This document shows positions 49,881-59,972 of a stretch of 64,000 bases of DNA, piece after piece. The stretch comes from Marsupella aquatica (lineage: Eukaryota > Plantae > Marchantiophyta), in the NCBI GenBank assembly GCA_973895155.1, contig OZ316899.1:3803455-3867454 (forward strand), written 5' to 3'. The translations under genes were made by a program, and so were the position numbers. The notes beneath the pieces were generated by a model. The model was not told where the DNA came from, did not search any database, and saw only the letters and a program-made list of their open reading frames with translations. The first letter of the stretch is position 1; each line of letters starts with the position of its first letter.

Positions 49881-50882
49881 CTACACAACCGCGGGGGGTG
49901 GAGGAATCTCCCCGGCTACCGTGGCATCTGCTTCAGGTACGGCTTCATCCGGCCCGGCTTCGATGGCATTGTCCCGATTGATCGCGTCTAAGGTCGCAAT
50001 AACGTCAATGGGTATGCCTGGCGGGGCGGCAATGGCGGGTTGCGGGGCCGGGGTAGCAGGACTTGCAGCTGCCAGACTTCGGGCCTCGGGCTGCGGTCGC
50101 CTTACCTGGGCTGGGAACACCCATTTTGGCGGGGTCAGCTCGGGCTCATTGAGACGCGGGAGGCTTCGGCGGTCAAAACGAGCATACCACTCGAGGATGA
50201 TTTCGACGTGGCTAGCAAAGTATGCCCTCCCACCAAGGTACAAAGTCTTCCTTCTGCGCTCCATCTCCTCGTGGAACTTCTTGACGAAGAAGGACGCCCA
50301 CTTCCTGGGCCGATAGTTCTCCACCTGGATGACCTGAGTGGCCGATATTTCTCCTCTAGGTTCCATCATGTGGAGGGCATACCGCTGGAACTCTAGGCGT
50401 TCTACTACCTCCGGGATGAGGCACATCCTCATTAAGAACCCATTGTCCACTACCCCTTCGGCCGGGAAGCTAGATGACTGGTATTTAGCTCCCTTGCCCC
50501 CAGGAGCCCGCGACTCTACCCGGTTTATCCCCTCGGGTAAGCCAAAAATCATCTTCAGACGTGCCTCATCGAGACACATCACTCTCCCGTGTGCTCGGGT
50601 TTGTTGACGGGCCTCGTCAAAGTTTTGAATGAACTCCATCATATCTTGCCCATAATACCTGCTCCCGTTCCAAGGGAGAGAGGCGAGGTGCTCAAACCCC
50701 TGGGTCTTCAGATAGCATGCATGCTTGGGGTGGAGGATGTTCTTGTGAACGTTGTCCCCCATGCGATGCATGGTCAGTTTGGCTACCGCAACCGTGGCCA
50801 AAGGCAACCCGGATACGGCTGCGGGCTCCTTCCTCTTCCTACCCCAAGACTGATTCCCGGGGTGACTAGAAGAAGGGGACAT
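49881..50882 (-). CDS. Gypsy 3' accessory protein (Athila ORF1/plant-mobile-domain-like)
   Basis: 333-aa ORF homologous to 3986-4849 and 5420-5951. Confidence 0.65.
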   Translation of the reverse strand: MSPSSSHPGNQSWGRKRKEPAAVSGLPLATVAVAKLTMHRMGDNVHKNILHPKHACYLKTQGFEHLASLPWNGSRYYGQDMMEFIQNFDEARQQTRAHGRVMCLDEARLKMIFGLPEGINRVESRAPGGKGAKYQSSSFPAEGVVDNGFLMRMCLIPEVVERLEFQRYALHMMEPRGEISATQVIQVENYRPRKWASFFVKKFHEEMERRRKTLYLGGRAYFASHVEIILEWYARFDRRSLPRLNEPELTPPKWVFPAQVRRPQPEARSLAAASPATPAPQPAIAAPPGIPIDVIATLDAINRDNAIEAGPDEAVPEADATVAGEIPPPPAVV

Positions 50883-52074
50883 CTCTCCATCCTATCGGTC
50901 AGGTGGTGGTAGCGCGACTGCCGTGAGTATTGGTGCCGGGGCCGCTAGTGTTACCGTGTTGTCCCCTTGGGCTTGCTGGGGTGGTGTGGGGTTGTTCGTA
51001 CCCCGCGGTCGTCGATTCAGAGGAGGGTGAGCCTCCTCGTCTTTGGAGCTTATATGTACCGCATTCACCACCTATCGTACTTGGAGAGGTGGTGGAACCG
51101 GTGGCGGGGACCGGCTTGGCTAAGACCGAGGAGGTATAGGTGCGGGTACGGGTACGGGTACGGGTTGGCCGACACTAGTCGTTGATGGTAGAGTTGCCAT
51201 GAAGTTCTGCAAGTGCCAGTGGAGGTTTTCCGACGCAAGTGAAGATGGTCTTGTCGACCGGGTAGTGTTGAACTCGCCATTGATGATAGCCTGGACCCGA
51301 GCGGGGATGTGGTCGAAGTGGTGCCTTTGTAAGTCGATCGTGCTCGGAATATTGAAGACCTCGTCCGGAAGCCAAAGCAGTGCCTCCCAGAAGCCGATGT
51401 ATTTGCCTTCGTCGAAGAAGTACCCTGATACCTCTTCGGGTCGGTAAAGCTCACTCTGGGACGGGTACTCAAAGTTAAGGAGATAGTGGTGTCATCCTGC
51501 TAGGCGGATGGCTCTCTCATATTCATGTTCGATCTCGTATCGGCGCGGGTTGGCATGTTTCAATGAGTCGGCCAAGTGTCCTCCGATAGACAAGAACTGA
51601 GTCTAGAATTGTATGGCCGAATTGGAAAGGATCGTGTGCGACATTCAAAGGAGATAGTAGGTGACTAAGGAAAAGCGAGAGAGCTAGGATCAAAGCTGGC
51701 GCGTGGACTGGAGAGCTTGGTGCATTGCAAAGGATCGGCCCCCTTTTTATACCCTGAGAGCTCGTCGATCGCCCGACACCTCCTTGTCGCTTATAGGTCA
51801 AGCCTTTTGCTTGTAGTGTACCGGCCCCTTCTCCAGTCCGGGTCAGCTTGTGTCAGTGGCCGCCTCCCGGAGTTCGTTATACGGACCCGAGGGAGGGGGA
51901 AAAAGGGCCCATTACACGTTCGCAACCCGGGCGTGTGAATGGTGACCCGCCGCCAGTGCAAACATGGATTCCCCTTATTGACTAATGATTTCCTACTCAT
52001 AATGGCTACCTAAGTACTATCGTTATGCTAATAATAATGGCCTAAGATACCCCTAATGCGTGTGCTAAGCATGG

Positions 52075-53895
52075 TTAGACCAAATTACTCATTACCCACC
52101 GTACCGGCAGCGTCACTAGCTCCCTGCTTAATTGTGAAGCGTCCTCGCGAACATCACTCTCGGCGTCGTCATCTTGATGGTGGTACTTCTTCACACGATC
52201 GTAACTGACTCGCGTGGGTAGTAAATTGTTGGCGTACGTTGCGAGTTCCAAAGATCCGTTAGGGTAGATCTGATTGACTAGGAAAGGCCCTAACCAACGG
52301 GTATGAAGCTTCCCCGGAAACTGCATGTACCTACTATCGTACAGCAGGACTAGATTGCCTATCACGACGTCAACCTTCCGTAGTCCTTTGTCGTGCTGCT
52401 TCTTGGAAGCTACCTGCTGCTTGACGACGTGTTGAGCTGCCCGTAGCCGTGCTTCTTCTAATGCTTCAATCTGATAAGCTCTGTCCGATGAACTTTCAGC
52501 TTCGGGTAAGCGATCCCGAATGCTTACCCGGGGAGTGTGGACTTCGAACTCAACGGGCACCAACGAATGTTGGCCGAACATGAGAAAGTACGGGCTATGA
52601 CTCATAGTAGTCTTGTAAGCCAGATTATACGAATACACCGCTGCGTACAACTTGTCATCCCAATCCATTTTGTGCGTGGCTACTGTCTTGTTGAGGATCT
52701 TCCCGATGATACCATTGGCCCTTTCTGTCAGCCCGTTGGCTTTAGGATGATACGGGGTAGTCTTGCGGTGCTTGACTAGGTAACGCTCCGTAAGCTGGGC
52801 TACGGTATCATTGAGGAAGTGTGTTCCACGGTCGCTTACTAACTCCAAGGGCGGCCCGAACCGGGTGAAGATCTGCTCGTATAAGAACCTGGTGGTGGTT
52901 GCAGCATCGTCCTTTACCGTAGCCCGTGCTTTGACCCACTTGGTGGAGTAATCTATAGCTAGCAGCATGTACCTGCATCTTCGTCGTCGGGTAACGGGAG
53001 TGAACCGTCCGATATAATCGATACCCCACTTTTCAAAAGGTGCCAAGGGGAGCACGGATGTGAGAGGGTGATGATGAGATCGTCGTGGGGACCCAGCCCG
53101 CTGACACAGGTCACAGCCCTTGATGAAACGTTGTATATCCTGATGCAACGTAGGCCACCAATACCCTGAATCCAGAATCTTTTGGGCTGTCGTGATAGCC
53201 GCGAAATGACCTCCAGCTTCTTCTTCATGCAAGGCCCGTATAACGTTGAGCGTCTCCTTGTACTCTAAGCAGCGTCGTAGCTTCCCATTAACGCCTTCCT
53301 TATGTAGGTGACCTTGTATCATAGCGTACGGCCCGGCCTTCCGTAAAAACACAGCGGCGGCCTCCTGATTGATGCCGTCGGGGATGCGGCCTGTCAAGAG
53401 GAAGGTGATTATTGAGCCGTACCACGTAGGCGCTCCCGCCCCTACGTGGAACAACTCCTTGTCCGGAAAAGTATCATTAATTGGCTGATCGACTGGTACG
53501 CCGTCCAGCTTTGAAAAGAAGTCGGCGTTGAGATGTGCTTTTCCTGGCCGAACCCGAACTTCATAGTTAAATTCCTGGAGAAGTAGCATCCACCGGGCTA
53601 TCCGTCTTGTCACATCCGCTTTGTTGACCATGTACTTCAGGCTATCATGATCCGTGTGGAATATGACCTTGTATCCGAGCAGGTAGTGTCGGAAATTTTT
53701 ACATGAGTAGATTATTCCCAGAGCTTCTCGATCAGTGGGAGAATAATTTTTTTTGGCTGTGAATAGTTGACGGCTAGCGAAGTAGATGGGGTGGTCACGT
53801 CCGTCCTCATCAAGCTGACTGAGTACAGACCCGATACAGAACCCTGACACATCGACGTACACATGGAACTCCTTATTCCAGTCCGGGGTGACCAT
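52075..53895 (-). CDS. Gypsy pol: RNase H plus integrase (open, 606 aa)
   Basis: FHVYVDVSG...REALGIIYSCKNFRHYLLG; HHCC Zn finger; WGIDYIG, SDRGTHF, NGLTERANG; WLGPF motif; no chromodomain seen. Confidence 0.97.
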   Translation of the reverse strand: MVTPDWNKEFHVYVDVSGFCIGSVLSQLDEDGRDHPIYFASRQLFTAKKNYSPTDREALGIIYSCKNFRHYLLGYKVIFHTDHDSLKYMVNKADVTRRIARWMLLLQEFNYEVRVRPGKAHLNADFFSKLDGVPVDQPINDTFPDKELFHVGAGAPTWYGSIITFLLTGRIPDGINQEAAAVFLRKAGPYAMIQGHLHKEGVNGKLRRCLEYKETLNVIRALHEEEAGGHFAAITTAQKILDSGYWWPTLHQDIQRFIKGCDLCQRAGSPRRSHHHPLTSVLPLAPFEKWGIDYIGRFTPVTRRRRCRYMLLAIDYSTKWVKARATVKDDAATTTRFLYEQIFTRFGPPLELVSDRGTHFLNDTVAQLTERYLVKHRKTTPYHPKANGLTERANGIIGKILNKTVATHKMDWDDKLYAAVYSYNLAYKTTMSHSPYFLMFGQHSLVPVEFEVHTPRVSIRDRLPEAESSSDRAYQIEALEEARLRAAQHVVKQQVASKKQHDKGLRKVDVVIGNLVLLYDSRYMQFPGKLHTRWLGPFLVNQIYPNGSLELATYANNLLPTRVSYDRVKKYHHQDDDAESDVREDASQLSRELVTLPVRWVMSNLV

Positions 53896-53913
53896 GATAG
53901 ATGCGGTGGTGAG

Positions 53914-54174
53914 TCATTTACGGAGTTCTTCGAAAGAAATCCGTCTCCTAGGTGTCTCCTCGATCACCGCGTCCTTCTTCATCATCTCAGTTAAGGGTAA
54001 CGCAATTTTAGCAAAATCTTTAATGAACCGACGATAATACCCTACATGGCCCAAAAAGGATCGTACCGCTTTTTGATCTACAGGAAACACCACCGCCATC
54101 CAAGCCGCGACCTTCTCTTGGTCCACTCGATACCCCGTTTGGACACACGATGCCCGAGTAACACTCCTTCCTCT
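53914..54174 (-). pseudogene. Gypsy reverse transcriptase C-terminal segment, interrupted by the CACTA
   Basis: VRSFLGHVGYYRRFIKDFAKIALPL. Joining to 63966-64000 gives LKLHPTKCFFGVEEGVLLGHRVSKRGI. Confidence 0.92.
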
Positions 54175-54229
54175 CACTAGTACATTTTAGGGCCATTATC
54201 CAAAAGCTATTCCGTGGGATCCCTTCGGA

Positions 54230-54740
54230 AACTTCATTTCGAAAAAAACAAGTATCCGACGCAACTCGCTTCGCAATATCCCATCCAATCCTCATGGGAC
54301 ATCAACCATCGGACTTACTTCAGACTTTCCGTTGACAATGCCGACGGACTTTCCGATTCCAACCCATTCGCAAACCTGCACATCTGATCTACTACGTATC
54401 GGACACCAACAAACAGACCCCGTCTCAAAACGACGATTGTCCGATAGTAATCGTATGGGATAGTTTCATATTTTTTGCTACGTACATTGCGATGCGTGTA
54501 GTATCGGAGTTTACGATATGTTTAGTATCGGAGTTTGCCTTTGGAGAATTATCGGATGTTGCGTTAGACCTAGTAACGGATAGTGCGATGTAATGAGGTT
54601 TGGAAAATCCAACGACTTTGCCATCGGACACATTGTTTTGATGTTTTGGTTTTGTTAGAGGGGTCCGATGCGGAAAGTATCGGATATTGCGAAGGGGATT
54701 GAAACAGAAGGACCGATGAAGGTACAAACGGACATCATAA
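54230..54740. repeat. Left subterminal TCCGAT/ATCGGA repeat field of the CACTA
   Basis: More than ten copies in both orientations; the same motif also clusters at 56270-56390 and 57640-57800. Confidence 0.85.
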
Positions 54741-55478
54741 CGGATGGCTTTGTTACAATAGCTAGGGTTTCATGGGTGGTTATTGGGGTTTGAGAACATC
54801 AACCAATATATTAGGGTCCAAAGGAGGCTCAAAACATGTGGTCAAAATCTCATATTAAAAAAGGGGATGACCCCAATATGTACAAAATGGAATGGGCCTA
54901 CCTAGTAGACCCATCTCGGCGACTGTTTGCTCCATGGGAACACCTAAATGGAGCACTAAGTAGAGACTACACTCCATGGCACCTGCTAAGATCTAATCAA
55001 AGCTACTGGACCTACCTACACGGCACTAACCTCTAAAAAGGTGTGTTCCGTCCCTTCTTCTTCTTGTGGCGAGAGCAAAGGTGGGGAACAGGTGCGGGAT
55101 CCACAACCGGTGGAGCCACCTGCTGACCAGATGGTGGGTCTAATCCTATCCTACCCCCTGACCCACTAGATGCACCGCTAGGCACGGTAGAAGTCCCACC
55201 AACCCCTGACACAGCAGAGTGAAAGGAGGCCTCGCCCCCCCGGCAGACCTACTAGAGTGATGAGAGGCTGTAGCTGCAGATGATGCATGTGGCCCATGCC
55301 GTGCTGTACTGCCACCTGACTCACGAGATGGCGCTAGACCCCTAGAGCCACCATCATCCAAGTCACCACTGCCTCTACAAGGGGGGCTAGGTGCAGCAGA
55401 TACTCCTTGACGAGGGGGGTTAGGTGCAGAGCATACTCCTGAGCGATGGTGTGGGCCTGCACCACCTCTACTACCCCC

Positions 55479-57516
55479 TCAAGGCCCCGGCCTCGCAGCC
55501 CGCGATGCTCCCCGTAACTGATGAGAGCTCACACCATCAACAACATGTGACCCACCTCCCCTCCCTCCCAATGTGAGGGTAACATGAGGTATCTGGGCAG
55601 TAGGGGCAACTCTAGGAACAGTCTGGGAAACTATAGGAACAGCCCGGGAAACTCTAGGAACAGTCGCGGTAGCTCTAGGCTCCCTCTGTAACCCTGCCTC
55701 GGATCCAGAGTACTCATCATCTGACTCCCCAGACCCCTCCTCCTCCTCCTGCACATTACAATTAATTAAAGTAAGGAACTTGGTCAAAACTCTACAAATG
55801 TAGCACTGCTCTAGCTAAGCAAAACATTGTCCCAACTTAGGTAGGGGGAGGGAACAAAATTTACCTCTCCCAGCTCATCCTCAATTTGTCGCTTTAGAGC
55901 ACGGGGTCCATCCCTTGCTGCTAGTTCCCTCTCTTTTGGATCAATGGGACGACCATACTCTCTCTCCTGACATTTCAAAAATTAAAAGACCACATCAGCA
56001 CAATAAATTTAGTTTCAACCATAAAATCCACTCCCTATACCAAACTTCTCCCTCTCAAAACTCTATGCCTTATATACAACTTCTATAACTTACTTAACCC
56101 CTAGCAAATACTCTAAACCCTAAAAAAATCACAAGTGAAGTCAAGAAGGGGTCCATTCCGGAATTTTCATGCAAGTCAAGCATCCCTATCCTATGCAATC
56201 AAAAAACCGTAAACCCTACCCGTTTTAAACAAAATAAACCCAAATTCACTCAAAATATACGCGTTCCGATGCAGCATCCGATGTGGATTCTATCGGACTG
56301 ATATCGGACCCCTCATCCGCCAAATTAGAATGCTACTATGTCCGATGTGGGTTCCGATGCGGGTTACAACGAACAACCATCGGACTTAACAGGCCCGAGA
56401 GCAAAAAATGGGGGATCAAAACGTGATAAAGCAAAACGGGACAACCAAAATGTTCACTCTTTGCAAGAGAAGTCAGGTGGTCAGGGAGAGGAGTAAGGGA
56501 GGAGGGAGCTAGGAGGGAGGAGGGAGGAGCCACTTACAAACTCGGCCTTCAATCGATTGGAGCCGCCTTGCCCCATCCGGTGAGTCACAATGGGCCTCTC
56601 TTCTACTCGCTTCAATGCTGCTATGATGTTTGTAGGAGGTTTTTGAAGTCTTGCTGCTTGAGCTGCCCACTGTCGAAGGTTCAGTTGGAGGGGGGCCATG
56701 TCAATATCCTCCCAGACAGCTCGCTTTTCTTCTGCAATCCTGATTTCGTTGTCCCAATGTCGTCTCTTTAGCCAGGCTCGAACAGAGAGCTCCTCCTCAA
56801 GCCAAGCTGTCCATGCATCCTGGGGAATCACATCTGGACACTGGTGCTCCCTGACCACCTCTGCATCTATTGGCAAATCAGTAAGGTAATCCCTCATCTT
56901 CTCCCGCACATGATTCCTTGCATCTGAAACAGAGGCTGAAATTCGATTGTTTAGAAATCTGTCTTCAAGGTGGGCTCCGTTCTTGAATCTTTCTTTGATC
57001 TGCTCCCAAACCCTGGTCCTCTCCTCCTTTGTTTTCTTACCCCAGTAGTCTAGCGGCCCAAAATTTGCCCTCACAACCTGCAAGAATTGGCTGCGGAACA
57101 AATTGTAGCTCCTGGGCATTGGAGCCCCACCTGAATTGATAGCCAGCTCAGGTTGCAGAGCCCTCTCAGCCTCCCTTCGCCTTTGCTCCTCAACTCGCAG
57201 CCTCTCTGCCTCCCTAGCTTCTCTTCGAAGCTTTTTCTCCCTTTTCCAAGGAGAGAGAGCCTCCTCACCATTTGCCCTAGCCCTCTCCGCCTCTTTTCTC
57301 TTCTTCCTCGCCTCTTTCTCTGCTGCAAGGCCTGCTGCAGTAGCCTTCTCTGCCTCACCTTTTGAGGAGCAAAACCTGAAGCACCGGGACTACTCTTGCT
57401 GCATCCTCCACTGAAAGCCCTGCCTTGGCCACAAACAACTCCCTCATTATCTCCTCATATGGCCGGGATGGCCCAGCCCCGTCTCCCCCATCACCTGATC
57501 CTCCTTCCCTCACCAT
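55479..57516 (-). pseudogene. TnpA/Ptta-like (Transposase_24-like) gene, spliced and frameshifted
   Basis: RVWEQIKERF...CPDVIPQDAW...THRMGQGG; probable start MVREGGSG at 57516; transcribed away from Tnp2. Confidence 0.55.
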
Positions 57517-58524
57517 CTCTCCTTCTTCCCGAGCTCCTCCCCTCTCGGCCTTAGAAAATTTTCTGAAATGACTGATGTGCAAAGGAAGCCCCGTAGTGTG
57601 CGCCTTTGCAAGCGCATCGGGATTTACGGATTTCAAATTTTGAATAAAGTCCGATTGTTTCTGCTTTGGAATGTCCGTAGCGTACAATATCGAATGTCAA
57701 ATTGGACCTTCCGATACGTGTTGCATCGGACCCCTCCTCCGGCTTGTTATTCCTCACTTTTACAAAGTGTGATACGTTGGAAACGGTATCGGACCCCTCG
57801 TGTAATGTTATCGGATAGGGGTTATGTAGGGGTTATGTGGGGGTCATGTAGGTGTATGTGGGAAGGACGGGTTGTATTAACATTAATTAATCATCATGTA
57901 TGTTTGAATCAGGTTTTATAGGGCCATACATGTAGACACATACCGCAGGGGGTTGGCAATGGTGTCGTGGATGTGATATATCGACCTTCCTGCAATTTTG
58001 GGGTTTGTACCTGAATCCAGATTTTTTTGTGATATACTTTGGTTATCCATGTTCAATTTGCTAATATTCGTCTTTGGGTTTGATGTGCAGTACCTTGGTT
58101 TTGAAGGGGTGGTTAGGTTTTTGTAGGGTGTTAGCTAGGTAGGTTATTTTGCAATGACTATGCACAGTGTGAGACCGCGCATCCAAAAGGTATGATGCCC
58201 CATCCATTTATTCCTTGATCCTTTAGGCTATTTCAGGTTTGGCATGCAAGTTTTTATCATATGTGCTTGAGCTTGTTCTCAGCAATTGTAGATCACGCAT
58301 GCTCATTATGAAAATGTCCACCTTGTAGAGATTTTGGATATCCCCACACTTTGTGTGTAGAGAATACGGCCTAGTAGGCACGGTAGAGCGCGGGTACCAT
58401 TGAGGTATGGCAAGTGTTGTATATATGCATGTCTCTCATTCAATTGTTTTTCTAGACATAAATATTTGTCTTGCTGGTTTTTTCTTTCATCCAACATATT
58501 GTCATGGTTGTATGATATATGTAG

Positions 58525-58758
58525 ATGTCTGCTTTCGATAGTTCCACGTCGGATTCAGACTCAGACACGAGCTCGTCTGAGGAGGAGGTTCCTCCACCCC
58601 CTCCTCCAGACCAAGCTCGTGCTCGGCCACTAGGGTCCATACCTTGTTGGTGTGTGAGATGTAAGGGACTTGTGGTTCGACATGCCTGGGAGACTTGTGA
58701 GCACATTGAGAACTATGGTCGCCACGAGGGTGATACACCAGGTTATTTGCCTAGCCAG
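58525..58758 (+). CDS. Exon 1: transposase-associated Zn-binding domain
   Basis: CWCVRCKG...TCEHIENYG resembles the CPCxxC...HL..xG N-terminal domain of Tnp2; phase-0 donor CAG|GTAATA at 58758/58759. Confidence 0.7.
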
Positions 58759-58883
58759 GTAATAAATACGTCCCTCCTTCATTCCATGAAATTCCAATAA
58801 TTAGTCCACAAATGCTAAATTACTTTGCATCTAAACAACAATTCATGTATTGATTTGTGTCAAATCATTGTTTGTTGAAATAG

Positions 58884-59828
58884 GTGCCTCGTAGACCCCC
58901 ACCTTGTCTGGTTGATAATGCTATGTGGTTGGAAGGGTTGCTAGCAAGGGCTAGGGAGTTGCTTGCATCTCCCCTTGCCCATCCACCTCTTAGTCCCCCT
59001 GCTCCTATCCCCACACATGCGCATGTAGACAAGGATGCACCGGTCTCTCGACCCGAGGAAATGGATACTAGGGTCCTACGTACACGTTCACGGTCTCGCA
59101 GACGTAGACGACAATATGAACCGGTGGAGCAGGTAGAGAATCGAGAGGAGGTGTTACGTAGTGATCGACCACCCGGAAATGGAGATTATATTTGTGTTGA
59201 GGGCCGGTTTGGACTATCTTATCTCACTGGTAGGGCTGCTGATGTTTGGAAGGACTTTTCTCCTAGTCTCTTCAAATTTCCAGATTTCATTCATACTGAT
59301 GAACCAGTTGACATATGGGGTCGGCCTTGGATAGTGAAGGCGTCCTCTATTGGTGCTGATATAGGATATGGTCTATATGCTTTGGAGGACATTGTGGTCC
59401 CTCCAAAGCCATGGAGACGTGGATATGACGGAGAGCACCTTTTCCCTTACATTGGGGCTGTATATAATGCAAAGAGTTGGAAGACTTTGTTGCGTCAGCA
59501 CCCAAGCTGGGGGGTGTATGCCTTGAGGATGGACTCAGACCCAGATGAGGTTTTGACTAGGCCGTGGCATTGTAGGATGATTGATGGTGACCCTATTCGG
59601 AATGGTAATTTAGCAGGGTACATCAATAGTACAATGGGTAGAGGTAGAGATTTTGAGGCTAATGTAGAGTGGATCCAAATTTTTGGCCCTCCTAGAGATC
59701 TGTATTTTGTGAAACATATGGATGACCATATCATGACAGTAGCCATTAGGACTATTAGAGCCGGTGAGGAGATATTGTGTGAGTATGAGTGGGACGCCCC
59801 AAAATTGTCCCTATGTTGTCGTCCATGA
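58884..59828 (+). CDS. SET-domain protein exon inside the CACTA (open, 314 codons)
   Basis: VKASSIG..GYGLYALEDI, FPYIG, GNLAGYINST, VAIRTIRAGEEILCEYEW follow the SET motif order; acceptor TAG|GTG at 58883/58884 is in frame with exon 1. Confidence 0.85.
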   Translation: MPRRPPPCLVDNAMWLEGLLARARELLASPLAHPPLSPPAPIPTHAHVDKDAPVSRPEEMDTRVLRTRSRSRRRRRQYEPVEQVENREEVLRSDRPPGNGDYICVEGRFGLSYLTGRAADVWKDFSPSLFKFPDFIHTDEPVDIWGRPWIVKASSIGADIGYGLYALEDIVVPPKPWRRGYDGEHLFPYIGAVYNAKSWKTLLRQHPSWGVYALRMDSDPDEVLTRPWHCRMIDGDPIRNGNLAGYINSTMGRGRDFEANVEWIQIFGPPRDLYFVKHMDDHIMTVAIRTIRAGEEILCEYEWDAPKLSLCCRP

Positions 59829-59886
59829 TAGTATGTTGGACTTACATGCATGTAAATCTTACATTGAATTAATGAGATTCATGATG

Positions 59887-59890
<4 letters not shown>

Positions 59891-59918
<28 letters not shown>
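59891..59918. repeat. (AT)14 microsatellite
   Basis: Directly visible. Confidence 0.98.
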
Positions 59919-59920
<2 letters not shown>

Positions 59921-59972
59921 ATGATTGTAATGAGATTTATGTTAATGAGATTGCATTGATGTTGTATGATAG

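Larger units (their letters stand above)
48405..54174 (-). mobile_element. Ty3/Gypsy retrotransposon C (3' LTR, accessory ORFs, RH-INT, part of RT); resumes at 63966 and continues beyond the window
   Basis: LTR, PPT and pol motifs present; candidate TSD ATAAT at 48400-48404. Confidence 0.95.

Noticed and set aside
49194-50882. Retroviral-type env gene
   Set aside because: No signal peptide, furin site or transmembrane segment is evident; it is better described as an accessory coiled-coil ORF.
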